Shown: positions 28,596 through 42,199 of the stretch, one piece after another
Position numbering within the stretch: the first letter of the stretch is position 1
How the letters are laid out: each line of letters starts with the position of its first letter
Source: Eledone cirrhosa
Taxonomy: Eukaryota
NCBI GenBank assembly: GCA_964016885.1
Contig: OZ024745.1
Span: 57,722,001 to 57,786,000 of the forward strand
Direction: 5' to 3'
DNA length: 64,000 bases
The notes under the pieces: generated by a model
What the model saw: only the letters and a program-made list of their open reading frames with translations
The model's database searches: none
Told to the model about the DNA's origin: nothing
Position numbers and translations under genes: made by a program

Positions 28596-29220
28596 CTATG
28601 ATACATGGATAAAAGTGTGTGGGAAATTTAGACCAATATCTCAGCTGATAATTTATGGCATTTTAATTAGCGTTCATACCAAATTATTGATTATTCATAC
28701 GCCGCATACCAGTCTATTTACTGTGATAAGATTGACGACAGATTGAACCAATTTAGTAAATCTTTATGTATTTCTGTTTATAAATACTGAAATAAGCAAC
28801 GAGATGAGGTAACATTTATTAACACACTGATGTGACAACACAGGACTAGTCATACGCTTACAAAAATGCACAAGCAAATGAAAACGTTGCTTTTTATAAA
28901 TATGAAAATAGTCATACACACTAGTCTACAAACATACCAAGGCATCTGAGTACCACAGCTGATAAACGTTATATGTATATATATGCGTGTGTGTGCGTGT
29001 GTGTGTGTGTGTGTGTGAGTGCGTGTGGATGTGTTATGTTTGATGCGAACATTTTCTCCTTAAAGTATTATGTAATGAATGCAATTAGGTACGTTTCGCA
29101 CATCATGGGCTAGAGAACTATATCGATGTGATTGATCTGACTCCAGTATTGATCTGTTCATCAATCGTGTGGATTCAACTAAAATCACGTTACCTCTCAA
29201 GGGATTCTATATCTTAATAT

Positions 29221-29270
<50 letters not shown>

Positions 29271-29418
29271 TATATATAGAAGTGGTTACACAACAGTTAG
29301 TTCACCATACCGAGAACAATTGTTTACCGAGAACAATTGTTTCACCTTAGCGGATCCTCAGTCCCATGGACTGAGTGCTCTACCACTACGGATATTACCT
29401 TCCAGTATTCTACCACTA

Positions 29419-29451
<33 letters not shown>

Positions 29452-29453
<2 letters not shown>

Positions 29454-29516
29454 GGGTCTGACGAGCCGTGGATTACAGAGTCGAGCTAGATCGATACAGA
29501 TAGAGCCTTGAGCTGA
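29452..29516 (+). mobile_element. HHR family A fragment (5' half only) between (TA)n tracts
   Basis: GGGGTCTGACGAGCCGTGGATTACAGAG...CCTTGAGCTGA. Confidence 0.75.
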
Positions 29517-29605
29517 TATATATATGTGTATGTATTAATTATAGTATTAATTTTAGTATTAACAATATGAAAAGGAGGTCATATAGTGTTCATTCATTAA
29601 TAAAT

Positions 29606-29652
29606 TGCTCCGAAGAATTCAAACCTCGGTTTGGAGGAAACAGTTGTAAGCA
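29606..29652 (+). ncRNA. Hammerhead-like motif with U4C core
   Basis: TGCT-CCGAAGA-A-TTCAAAC(CTCG)GTTTGGA-G-GAAA-CAGTTG-TA-AGCA. Confidence 0.65.
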
Positions 29653-30189
29653 CAAAAATGTTTTGAACAGTTCTTTGATTCTTATATTTCATATATGTGT
29701 ATGTACATTTTTTTCTTCTAACTTCGATTTTGTACCTAATTACGTGTAGTTAACAATATGTCTAGTCAATTTCTACAGGCTAATAGAAAGATTAGGTAAA
29801 TATGTTCTAGCTGTACGTCGCGGATAAGAAGCTATATCATGTGTCTATTATTTCTTCATAAGTACATTTTAAACTTATAGCTTCGTTTAAATTATGTTTT
29901 GTGTGGTTGATTTATACTGATTGGGAGAAGAAATACTGTATATATTTTATCTTATGATTCTTTGGACTTACTTTTTTATATATTGCACTGATTATTAATT
30001 ATTTAATTAATTCTTCATTGAGACACACCGTGAATTGTTGCCAATAACATATATATGTATCTATGACTTTGTCTAATTTATATGTATATACCCTTTAAAT
30101 ATATATATATATATATATAAGTATGTATATATATATATTTATTTAAAGGGTATATACATATTTAGGGTATATATATATTTAAAGGGTAT

Positions 30190-30736
30190 ATACATACTAC
30201 TGTACGTATGTATACATATATGTATGTACGTAGATATACTCATATTTAAGTAAACAGCCGTACCAAGAGTGAGAAATGAAATTTCGTTTCATTATTTTCC
30301 ATTTATCGTTTTCGGTGCGCCCGGCCGATTAACTCACTCGATATGCAAATTAGGCTACTCAGCCGTTAATATGCATAAGGAAAGTATATACTTTCAGACG
30401 TTCAATCATCTGGCAGGAGGGTATACAGTGCTGACGATAGCTAATAAGCTTGAAACTAGTACATCGTTCCTTTGTCAGTGTTGAAGAAAAGGGCAACGAT
30501 GGTTGCTAGACATTGTACGGCTTAATTCGGGATGTTTGTTTACAAACAAACCGAGCATTATAATAAATGTTCGGTAAATCCATACGTACATATATATATG
30601 TGTGCATGTATGTATATATATACATACTACTGTACGTCTGTATACATATATGTATGTACGTATACATACTTATATTTATGTAAACAGCCGTACTAAGAGT
30701 GAGAAATGAAATTTCGTTTCATTTTTTTCCATTTAT
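30190..30736 (+). mobile_element. ORF-less ~430-bp HHR unit with ~116-bp direct terminal repeats (retrozyme-like or non-autonomous PLE)
   Basis: 30190-30306 repeated at 30620-30736; HHR at 30428-30464; rearranged sister copy at 51690-52042. Confidence 0.75.
30428..30464 (+). ncRNA. Type I hammerhead, intact core
   Basis: GTG-CTGACGA-T-AGCT(AATA)AGCT-T-GAAA-CTAG-TA-CAT; GUA cleavage triplet. Confidence 0.8.
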
Positions 30737-31328
30737 ATATATATGTGCATTTCTTGTTAACAATAATTTATTGCCCATTCATTGCCCCGTTCATTTTCGA
30801 TATGTAACCATGTAGGCCTGTCATATATGCTCATTTCCCAACAAACTGAAAATAAATTATAACTGATGAATCTCAAATCCGACTGTGTTATTCGTAAGAA
30901 GATTGATTGAATCTGCCTCTCTTGTTTTTCAATTTGCAGGATATATGTCTATTTACCGTGTTTACATGTCCATATACTGTATCTAAATCAATAAAACTGA
31001 TACATCTGCTGTTGAAATTAATTATTGGCTGATAGACTTGCATAAGTCGGTAATTTTCAACACGACAGGCAAAACTAAATCGTTCGCAGCAAAGTGGAAA
31101 TCTTTACTAAAAAAAGATTCTTTATGTATATTCTGAAGAGAGGTAACTCTAAGTTTTCGTTGCAGAAATGTCATCATCAATTAGTTAACATGGTCTGTTA
31201 TCACAGTAGCAGCGTTCAACTATATATATATTTTAATTTGAAGACTGTGCAGACTATGTCATTTCCATTTTAATATCTCGATGTCCCTTGACGATTAGCA
31301 CGCACAACTAAATTTAAATTTTCACTAG

Positions 31329-31510
31329 ATAATTGTTTCTACTTTTGGCACAACGCCAGGAGTTATCAGTACGATACTGGTACTTTATTTTATCGACCCC
31401 TTATGGATGAAAGGCAAAGTTAACCATGACCGGATTTGAACTCAGACGTAAAGAAACGTAACTATTCTGGAAAGCATGGCGTCCGACCCTCCACCGATAC
31501 TGCCAATTCA
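31329..31510 (-). mobile_element. SINE, near full length
   Basis: Same family core and tRNA-like head. Confidence 0.9.
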
Positions 31511-32174
31511 ATATTTCATAAAGGACAATGTATCTTATTGCCACGATGAAAATAAATATATCCATAACTATGATGCTTTATTTTGCGATTTATTAGTCTT
31601 ATATTTTAGTTAATGCAGGATGTGATATATCTATGCTGCAACAGATACTAATCTGACGAAATGTGTGGTGTTCAGTCCTATACACAAACGGGGTTAGGTA
31701 TCGTTATTTCACGCTTATGCACAATCACAATCTTCACAACCTGAAACCTGCAACCCAAATTAGCAAAATTGTCCCATAGATTATTGAGGAGTGAACTTTT
31801 CTTTTGAAAGCACCAAGAATGTCATGTTTTTTGGTGGGTTACGTATTAAACAGCTATTTATTTCGATACTGTATGTCATAATAAGTTGTTTTAAAACTTT
31901 CCCACATATTTGGCAGGTACAGGTTTTATTGTTAATCAGAATTTATCAATCCATTTTATCATTCCATTTTGCAGATATTCCTCGGAGGACGACTTCATTG
32001 ACTTACCCATGCATCGAATTATAATATGCCTGATGAGAAACAATTGAATAGTTAACGCTTCTATTACCTCACATACTTTATGGGCTTCTTTAAATTATAC
32101 AGATAGCATTGGCTAAATTTACTCCGACAAATCTCGAGATTTTCTTAGCATATTCACACTAAAATATATTAGCA

Positions 32175-32214
<40 letters not shown>

Positions 32215-32420
32215 GCATATGAATATAAACGACACTTCGTTTTGAAAGAGGGTCATCTCTGTAACGCTGTGGTGTTGAATGGCCATTAGCTCACGAATGA
32301 CTGTGCAAACCTGCCTCGCTTATGCATACTCTTTACAAATGTGATACACATAAGGTTCCCGGATTATCCTAAATGTAACTTGTTCTCTCACGTGCCGCTT
32401 GATTCCAGCAGAATATACAT

Positions 32421-32527
<107 letters not shown>

Positions 32528-34534
32528 GTGTGTGTTTATATATATTTTATATATATAAATATATGTGTGTGTGTGTGTGTTTTGTGTGGTCATTTATTAT
32601 GATATTAATCTGTCTGGTGTTCTGTAATTAGAGATGAGCAGTTTATCTAATTTTGCCATATAAATACAGCAGCTCCGAAGAGAGCTAAATATTTAGAAAT
32701 CAACTCCAAAAAATACACACCAGTTTGATACATTATTTGTTCACCTGAGAGTTCCTTGAGATGTTAGAAGCAATAAAAATGTATTAATATTCCTTAAACT
32801 TTAAACGTAGAATCTGTTTTTCCAACGATTCACTGGTTGAAATAATGGAAGCCATATTAAATAATCTGTATATTTCTATAAACATGAACGTTTACCAGGA
32901 TACCTGTAAACGTAAAATATATTGTTTTACTAATGACACTTCAAATCGCTATTTATATAATTAGAAAGATGTAGAAAAAACTGCATACTGAACCTAAATA
33001 CATAATGAACTACTGACATAATGGAGGCAAACATTTCTAAAATCTCGCTAGAGCAAATTTGACGACGTTTCTTACGAAGAGTGTAGGATATGTTTTGGGG
33101 ATAATATTTTCTATTTAGATTTTACAGAACAAATATATTTATTCAATACATATATGTAACCGACCAATGATGATTTCACTTCTTGTTCACACTTAGAAAA
33201 CCTAAGAATAAATTACACTAATTTATTATTCTAAATAGTACGCATCTAGCGGAAAGAGAACGTTGAAAATGTACGAACACACCCAAGCAAATACTTAACC
33301 ATACTGCTTCAGTAACTACATTCCTTAGAATTTATCAGAATCATCATCAATTATTTACTAATTACTTCCTCCTCCTTATATATTCTTAATTATAATGTTT
33401 CTCTTTATAGGCTAAAGTAGTTCTAGATGAATTAATTTTGACACTTTTTCAGATCTTGTTTTCATGTTACAATTTATAGGTTACTGAATGTATTAAATAT
33501 ATCTTTTTACATCCTTCGATCAATAATTATTCGTGAATTTCATATTGTAGATGAGTTGGCTTATTTACACATATTACACATATTAGCCTGGATTAATTAT
33601 ACATCCTCTATTTAACGTAATTTAATATTTTAACAGTTTATTCCCCCAATCTGGCTTTAACCAATTTACGACCTTACATCTTAGATTTAAATTATATTTT
33701 TAATAAATCAATTACCCTCCTTGTTTGTAACCTTTATGCCAATTTTGTATCCAACAACTTCCTAATGACATTTCATCAAACCTAACACAATCGAATAAGT
33801 ATTTATGAATAATTTCAACAAATATATTAAGTCTACATTTTTATCCAAAATGCCTTTATTCTTGTTCCCCAAGTGTATTGAAATTAAACTATTGATACGT
33901 AAGTGCATCACACATATTCTTAATCGTGGTGTATAGAAGTCAGGCAGTTAAATAACGTTCCTGTATAAATTCGTTAATTAAACCCTTTCAATTCTTATCT
34001 AGAAATAATCCTTTATTTTAAATTGAACACCTTAATTAATATCTGTTGTTCGTCAAAAATATTTTGCAAATTATATTTCCCAGCGTATTCATTTCAAGCA
34101 TGTGGGATTTACTAAAAAATATCTATTCCCTCAACATATAATTATGGTATTCCCTCAAAATCAATTATTCTATGGACGATTTCATCTTCCTTAATCTATT
34201 CTACAAAAGCAGGATCACTAGAAACATAACCACTTTTGGATTAATCACTATTCCATAATGCTAGTGAACAGGTGTATGCATTATATTCGGCGCCATACAT
34301 ATTGGTGCCATATAAAATTAATGTTGTTATTAATATTACATATTGTTATTAATATTACATAATTGCATATACATCTGAGTTGGAGAATCTTTTACAATGC
34401 ATATTCCAACATATGTCTTATTTCTTAATTGTCTGGTTAGTAGAAGTGTTTGGTTACGCACTTGATAACTCATTATTGATTCTAAAAAAGAACTTAAAGG
34501 ACTTAAAAAAGAATCAGTTTGCAATGAAACTAGT

Positions 34535-34608
34535 GTACGGGGTCGAGAAAATAAAGTACCAGTAATGCACTGAGTAATTGCTGGCCTTGTGCCAATCGTA
34601 GAAACAAT
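34535..34608 (+). mobile_element. SINE 3' fragment
   Basis: TACGGGGTCGAGAAAATAAAGTACCAG...GTAGAAACAATTA. Confidence 0.85.
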
Positions 34609-34646
34609 TATATATATATATGGTATATTTATGAATATACATACAT

Positions 34647-34701
<55 letters not shown>

Positions 34702-34826
34702 GGAGGTGAGTTTTATTGTAGTACAATAAAGCAATGCAGATATCGGATAAGTAGCACTCTACAGTTTGTAGGACTGGAGTATAAATTATATATAAGATCA
34801 AAAGATGGTTAAAAGAGTTCCATGTT

Positions 34827-34893
34827 TTTTATTATGCGCATTTCAAAAACAAATATCATCATGCGATAACATTTGCGTTTTCATCAGATAAAA
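34827..34893 (-). ncRNA. Type I hammerhead, canonical core
   Basis: TTTTAT-CTGATGA-AAACGCAAATGTTATC(GCAT)GATGATATTTGTTTTT-GAAA-TGCGCA-TA-ATAAAA; the downstream tail 34699-34826 recurs at 54896-55042. Confidence 0.85.
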
Positions 34894-35089
34894 TAGGGAG
34901 ACATAATATGAAGGTTAAAAAACACTTGTGAATAGTGCAGTTTTAAATCAACATATGTTCACCACTGGATAGAACTGATCATTCCGTATGGTCAACTTCG
35001 ATGTAATATTATGGAGAGAACTCGACGTAATGCAACTCACCCTTCTTCGTTTGGTAGTTGGTGGTGCGTGTTCGGAGTTTATTATTATA

Positions 35090-35262
35090 GAATAACAGGA
35101 GGTTGGACTGGTGTAATTCCTTAAAAGATTTATTATACTACGATCATTTCAGTGACAGGGTTCAGTATGAATCCGGTGACATCATCAGGCATTCGAAATA
35201 TAACAAAGGAATATAATAGACAAAATCCATGGGGCTGAAAATCAGAGACATGAGGGCGGCCG
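35090..35262 (-). mobile_element. Solo pLTR of the 27715-28435 PLE family
   Basis: Reverse complement matches 28285-28433, including CTGATGAT.TCACCGGATTCATAC. Confidence 0.8.
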
Positions 35263-35290
35263 ATCATTTAACAGCTCATATATATATAAT

Positions 35291-35336
<46 letters not shown>

Positions 35337-36215
35337 GTTTAATATATATATATATATATATAATGTTTAATATAGAAATCACTTCTACAGGACTAGAACA
35401 CTTTCATTCGAAGGAAAACATCTGGATAATAACAGAAATGTTGGACGTGCAAGACTCAAATATGTCTTTGATTGTTAAAAGAGTGTCTACAAAAAGGTAT
35501 GCAGTCGGGTCTCTGACAGATTAACAAGCAGCAAGAACTTCTGCGTATACTACACGCACTAGAATATCTAAACCCTGGGAATTAATAAATAAAATATTGA
35601 GTTTATTAAACGGCACACGGATGATCTCTTCTACATAGAAAACAATATGTGCTCATTATAAAGGCATGGGACTAATTGTCTGACTGAGTCTTTATCTTTA
35701 TCTTTCTCTCCCTCTAATCCCTCACTCTCTCTCTGATTGTATATATATATATGTATAGAATTCACAAGAATCAAAGCTATGTTCAAAGCATTTATTCACT
35801 TACAATTGTTTCATCTAAACCTAGGCTTTGAATCTTCGGAGCATTTTTCAATGTTTGTACATATAATTGACCTCCTTTCCAACGCAAGAGACATACAGAT
35901 ACATATATATATTGATGTACAGTGGAGTGACATATATTACACTATACTATTTTTGTACAGCAATTCAAATTCAAAATCAAAATCAAAACCAAAATCAAAG
36001 TTAAAATAAATATAAAAATTAAAATACATTCGGCAGATAACAGATAATGCAAGAGGATAGATTGATAGTCAGATCTAGTAGGTAGTGTATGCGTTAGTTA
36101 AACATGGAGCATGCAAGTCTGTCTCATTTATATACGGTTTAAAATATACATAACTATAAAAAGTTTAAAATATACATAACCATAAATAGTATCCTTAATA
36201 TTATATATATGTATA

Positions 36216-37209
36216 TAACGGTCATTCCTTGCCTGGCACTTGAACTAAAACCTCTTGAGAAAGTGACTTCCTTGTTCAATCATCTTAACCGAAGACTAAC
36301 ATTATTTGTCTAAGCGGACAATACTTGATTTAGGAGTCGCAGAAACCCAAATTCTGGATTTTACCAACCATCCAGGGGTCCGGGTATATTTTTTCAATCA
36401 CATATTTTTTTATTTGTTTGACCCGAATTATTTGGTCGTTTTTATGGCAGTGCGGATGACGGTTTAACCATCGTCTCAGTGTGTTTGGCCTTTAACGTAT
36501 GTTGTAGCTCTGGTTCGTCAGAATTATTGAGCGTTTGCCACACATCTCGGGAGTTGTTTTTCGCTAATTCCAAAGCCGAAATGCGATTCTCGCTAATTTA
36601 TATTTGTATTAATCTCCCGAATCTAGCTATTGACCAGTTAATTTTCTTGATTTTTTTTAGTTGATTTTATTTACTGATGAATAGCTTTTGTTAACATATA
36701 ACCATTCTGTTGAGAGCTTAATTCGTTTTGTGATATTTTGCATTTTTGCAATAATATACACATACTGAATTTCATACGCCAAAAATAAGGGTTGCCTCCC
36801 TTGTCGAGCCCCACCTGGGTATCGGTAACGGTCATTCCTTGCCTGGCACTTGAACTAAACCCTCTTGAGAAAGTGACTTCCTTGTTCAATCATCTTACCA
36901 GAACCCTAACATTATTTGTCTAAGCGGACAGTACTTGATTTAGGAGTCGCAGAAACCCAAATGCTGGATTTTACCAACCATCCAGGGGTCCGGGTAAATT
37001 TTTTCAATCAAATATTTTTTATTTGTTTGACCCAAATTACTTGGTCGTTTCTATGGCAGTGCGGATGTCGGTTTAACCATCGTCTCAGTGTGTTTGGCCT
37101 TTAACGTATGTTGTAGCTCTGGTTCGTCAGAATTATTGAGCGCTTGCCACACATCTCGGGAGTAGTTTTTCGCTAATTCCAAAACCGAAATACGATTCTC
37201 GCTAATTTA

Positions 37210-37213
<4 letters not shown>
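36216..37213. repeat. Partial tandem repeat, 610-bp unit, about 1.6 copies, between (TA)n tracts
   Basis: 36216-36605 repeated at 36826-37213; diverged relatives at ~40141-40465 and 40590-40690. Confidence 0.9.
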
Positions 37214-37267
<54 letters not shown>

Positions 37268-37695
37268 CGTGTGTTTGTGTGTGTGTGTGTGTATATATAT
37301 AAATGTAATCTGAGGTTTTCGAATATTAATAATTACATTCGATTCGTTTACAGTTATGCAAACAAGCATCAATTTTATAGCCATGTCAGTATGGCTGATA
37401 TGCAAATCTGGCTGATCAGTGGATCTGATAATATGCAGATCTGACTGAGCAAATCAGGTCGATCAGTCACCGTGTGTTTTTGAAAATAACATATATTTTT
37501 ACTACCTCTGACAGTTGGCAGGTGAACAGTGAGCTGTACTGTTGAAGGGTGATACCCAAAAACATTAGTGTCTGCAGTTCTGTTCACATGCCAACAAAAG
37601 AGCAATAATGAAGGGTTCATTCTACTGACATGGCTATAAAATTCAGATTACATTTATTGTATTCAGCCAAGTAGAGCGAAAATTTCCTTTATATA

Positions 37696-37726
<31 letters not shown>

Positions 37727-37740
37727 TATTATTATTATTA

Positions 37741-39590
37741 TCGCTGCAATGCACATCGGCACATGCTCGGTGGTCAAGGTTAATGGCCAGCTCTCGGAAC
37801 CATTTCGGCACTCCCGATCGGGCCGTCAAGGGTGCCCTCTCTCTTCCCTTCTGTACGTATTGACTCTCGAGCCTTTACTGCGGAAGCTGGAGCTGTTGCA
37901 GGGCATCCCGCTCGAACCGGGACGTGGAAAGGCGGTGGCAACTTATGCGGACGAGATCACCGTGATGGTGTCGAACACCACAGAAATCGAGGTGGTCGAC
38001 ACCTTATTGAAGGAATATGAAAGGTTGACAGGAGTCAAACTTAACCCTGAAAAGTCGGTGGGCTTGCAGCTCGGAACCTGGAGAGGCAAGCCCATGCCGT
38101 CCAACAGCGTCGTGAGGCGCTGGACGGACTGACCGGTAAAGTTGCTCAGGGTTTGGTTCGGACCAGACCTCCAGGTGGAAAAGAATTGGGACGAGGTAAC
38201 GAGCAGAGTAGCCAGTCTCACCCAAAAATGGGCTGGGAGGAAGCTATCACTGAAAGTTCGCGCGGAGGTGACAAATGCGTACATCGCGTCCGTCATCTAC
38301 TACCGCCTGACCGTCGTGCATTCCACCCGTCCGGGCCTCGTCAAGTTGGAACGGCTCCTCTTCGAATTCTTGTGGAGGGGACAGGTTCCGTTGGTGAGGC
38401 GGTCCATCTGCTGCCAGCACTCTCTACGCGGAGGGCTGGGCATGCCGTGGCTAATGATGCGCAGACATGCGTTGAGGCTGCGATATCTCCATATATTCTG
38501 CCTAAACGGTGAACAGGTGTGGTCGCCGTTTATCAAACGGGCCTTTCCGCAGCTCATTTCTTTGACTGAGCTGCAGTCCTGGGTCAAGCAGAGACCGACA
38601 CTGGGTGACTGGCACCTGGAATGTTGCCAGGCACTCACTGCCCTCTACCAAGCGGGCAATGCGATTAGTGGAACTTCCACTCTCGAGTTCTATAGAGGAT
38701 TAGTGGTGGGCAAGTGCGATGACGCACGCGGAGAAGCTTTGGGCCTCGACGAAGTCGAACTGACCAGTCCGTATCGGAGGACGATCGAGCAGGGGACATT
38801 GACAATTTCCATAAATCCCTCGCTTGACAGTGCTACTGGGGGGCACTGCCGGTTCGAGATAAACTCTACAGGCACGGAAGTGCTGTCAGACGGACCTGCC
38901 CAAGATGCGCACAGAACGACGAAACCGTCCTGCACGCACTTGTCCAATGTCCGTGCATTACTGACTTGTGGAGTTATGTCGAACAGCTACTGTCGCGTGT
39001 GGAACGAATCCGGCTACCGCCCGAGTCCATAGTGAAGATCGCCCCGCCGCCTTCCTTAGGTCAGGAAGAGCAGGAAATTTTCCTCTGTCTGATGGCAGTT
39101 ACGAAAGAGGTTATATGGTGGACCAGATTAAAAGGACTAGAGACAGACACTTTTCTCTTCGGCCAATCCCTCATAAAATTCTTCAAGTTTCACCTGGAAA
39201 GGAAGGTGAGGGTGGAGAGAGAAGTGCTACGCCCAGTACATTTGCTAAAAGGTGGATGAATGTGGCGAGAATGGCTCGTGTGAATGGGCCTACTGTAACC
39301 ATGTGCCTATAGGCTAGCTAACTTGAGGAGAAGGGTGCTCTCCCTGGGTGCCCTAGAAGCGCAGGGTGGTTCAGAATTGGTGGGGTACCCGAGTCACCCC
39401 AGGGTCGGCCACCCCCTGTTGGGGAATTTATTTTGTTATATTTATGCATAGTTTATTTTATATTTTTATATCTTCATTGTAAAATTAGTCTTGCCATTGT
39501 GCACTTTTACTCGATCTTATTGTAAAGCCCTACTGTCCCTGTCTTTGAATTGTCCCCTACATATCGGCCCTTGTGGCTAATAAATAAAAT
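37741..39590 (+). mobile_element. 5'-truncated Tx1/L1-clade LINE (ORF2 RT plus C-terminal CCHC zinc finger), disrupted
   Basis: RSGRQGCPLSSLLYVLTLEPL, YADE, GGLGMP, CPRC..ETVLHALVQC; stop at 38130 and later frameshifts; ends AATAAATAAAA; (ATT)n on both sides. Confidence 0.92.
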
Positions 39591-39765
39591 CATTATTATT
39601 ATTATTATTACTGAGGCCAGTTACTACAATGGTGCTATTCCAGCAACGAACGTTTTCAACATGTACCGATGGAATTGTAAGGGATATGTAACTATATAGA
39701 CACACAAGCACACACACACACACACACCGCATGCACACCACACACACACCCTCATACACTCACAC

Positions 39766-39811
<46 letters not shown>

Positions 39812-39818
<7 letters not shown>

Positions 39819-40094
39819 TAAACGGAATAGAAAATGTTGACAAATTGTTCACAGTTGAAAAACGGTTTAATTAGGACCAAAAGAGTATTAGTGATTGGAT
39901 GGGTTAGTATTTAGTTGTGGTATTAAGTTTTTGAGTTTTTACCGGTTCCGCATTTCTAAATGCTTTTCAAAAATAATTTTGAGATAGAGTGTCCGTGCTG
40001 TTTGCTCTGATCAGAGCAAACAGCACGGACACTCTATCTCAAAATTATTTTGAAAAGCATTTAGAAATGCGCAACCGGTAAAAACTCAAAAACT

Positions 40095-40097
<3 letters not shown>
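39812..40097. mobile_element. pLTR-like module forming a loop-less palindrome (arms 39923-40010 and 40011-40097)
   Basis: Centre GCTCTGA|TCAGAGC; same family as 55151-55572 and 62555-62800; (TA)n on both sides. Confidence 0.88.
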
Positions 40098-40144
<47 letters not shown>

Positions 40145-40482
40145 ATTTGGCAATTCCATTGATTGGTTAATTATTTAAGTTTGTTTAATAACGGTCTGGT
40201 TGAGTGCTTAATTCAGTTTGTGTATGGAATTTTTTTCATTGCTCATAATTGGAATTTGATCGCCATAAACCGGGGTTACCTCCCTTTGGAGTAACATGTG
40301 CTATCACACCGGGATTTGGGTTAGAACGAAAGCCTGTTGAGAAAGTAAGTCCTCTGTTCGATCTTCCAGAAACCTAACTTTTATACACCACAAGCGGATT
40401 TTGTTGATTTCGGATTTACAGAAACATCACTTAGATATTCAATAATATCGAAGTGACGACCAGGATATGTGCATATACGTAT

Positions 40483-40537
<55 letters not shown>

Positions 40538-40550
40538 AATATATAAATAT

Positions 40551-40585
<35 letters not shown>

Positions 40586-40828
40586 AATATTAATTAGCGA
40601 GAATCGTTTTCAGCTCAGGAATTAACGAAAATCAACGTCCGATATGTGTGGCAAGCGCTCGATGAATCAGATCACGCAGCTGAATTAGCGGTCGCTATTT
40701 TCAATTTGCAAATCCCTTTAAACTGTATGTTATTACTCTGAGGTCTATACCTTGTCGAGTGCTTGGCGGCACTGCTGAAGGCATTCGTTTGCTTAGCTGC
40801 TACTCGAACTTCGAATATGCTGTACGTT

Positions 40829-40884
<56 letters not shown>

Positions 40885-41487
40885 CAGGAGTGCATGCGTA
40901 AATTTCTGTTCCACCGAAAATCATTTTTCCACTGATGTGTACCTTTAGCACCAGACACTCAAGCCTACATTTTTTAGCTGAAAATGTATTCTCCGTTATT
41001 CAGTCATACAAATATATCTAACTTTACTTATGTGCTTCTATCATTTCCAATTTTATTCATACGCACTGATACTTTTAATTATATGAAAATTGCACATACA
41101 TATAAAACAAATATCAATCTATGCCGAATATTATAAACCTTGTCTGAAATGTATATAATATCAAAAGATCAATAGAATATGAATATATTCACAACATAAA
41201 CAAACATTATTCAAATTTCTTGAATATAATACTTTTCCATTAGTAATTTTCTATTCACAAACGGCGAGATCGTTGGTGCTATAGTATTACAATTATTACG
41301 ACCGTTGTCAATTCCTAAAGTCAATAAATAATTTCACGTTTCTTTGAGTAAGAATTAAATTCAAACCATGTATATTAGTGTGTTAGTTTTGCACTAATCT
41401 ATATTCTAGAATAACGTGTTTTGTTTTTATGCTTATTCATTTGTATTCACCAAATATACTTTTATATATTTTTTCCATGAAGTATGT

Positions 41488-41557
<70 letters not shown>

Positions 41558-42029
41558 ATACTTGGGGAGGGTCATATTGTTGTAATAATATTGCCAGAAA
41601 TAATAACAGAACACACTCACTGTTTGGTTGTTTTCGCTTCTGCATCGTTTATATATCCATAGTTAAATTATTTGGCAATCAATGTTTATCATTGACTGAC
41701 CAACGGTTAAAAATACAGATGTAAATATATATATAAAATATATATATATAAATTTTGAGTATATGTTGGTTGGTTACCGACACGTCAGTATGCAAATTGG
41801 AGCACTCGACGAAGTACGCAGGATGGTTTGGTTACTCCAAGTCAAATATTTAACATGTGGCTTCGTTTATTAAAGATGTACTGCTATATATATTTCGGTG
41901 ACACCCCATAATTGGCTGTCCGAATAGGTGTGGTGCACATATTGTTAAAGTGTTTTACTCCGTCAATACTCCGATATGTCCAGCTCCTGGTTGGGTTGTT
42001 ATTTCTCTCTCTCTCTCTCTCTATCTATC

Positions 42030-42060
<31 letters not shown>

Positions 42061-42199
42061 GAGTTAAACAATATTCAATGATTATATCAAAGAATGAGTT
42101 TTACAGTAGATTGGAAGCACTCTATATAAAATAATTTTCCACAGTTATTAATATTAAAATACAAATATTAATAAAATAGATGTTCTTTTTATCAATTAC

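Noticed and set aside
32030-32050. CTGATGA-GAAA-CAATTG as a hammerhead
   Set aside because: No stem II and no UH or stem I pairing; fits better as a minus-strand splice acceptor or chance
33300-34300. Possible decayed coding sequence on minus
   Set aside because: Many stops and no assignable motif
36500-36730. CTGACGA (minus, ~36515) and CTGATGA (plus, 36674) within the 610-bp repeat
   Set aside because: No properly placed GAAA or stem I, and not conserved in the 40-kb relatives
37749-39312. Overlapping ORFs as functional host genes
   Set aside because: Pieces of one disrupted LINE ORF2 and its antisense shadows
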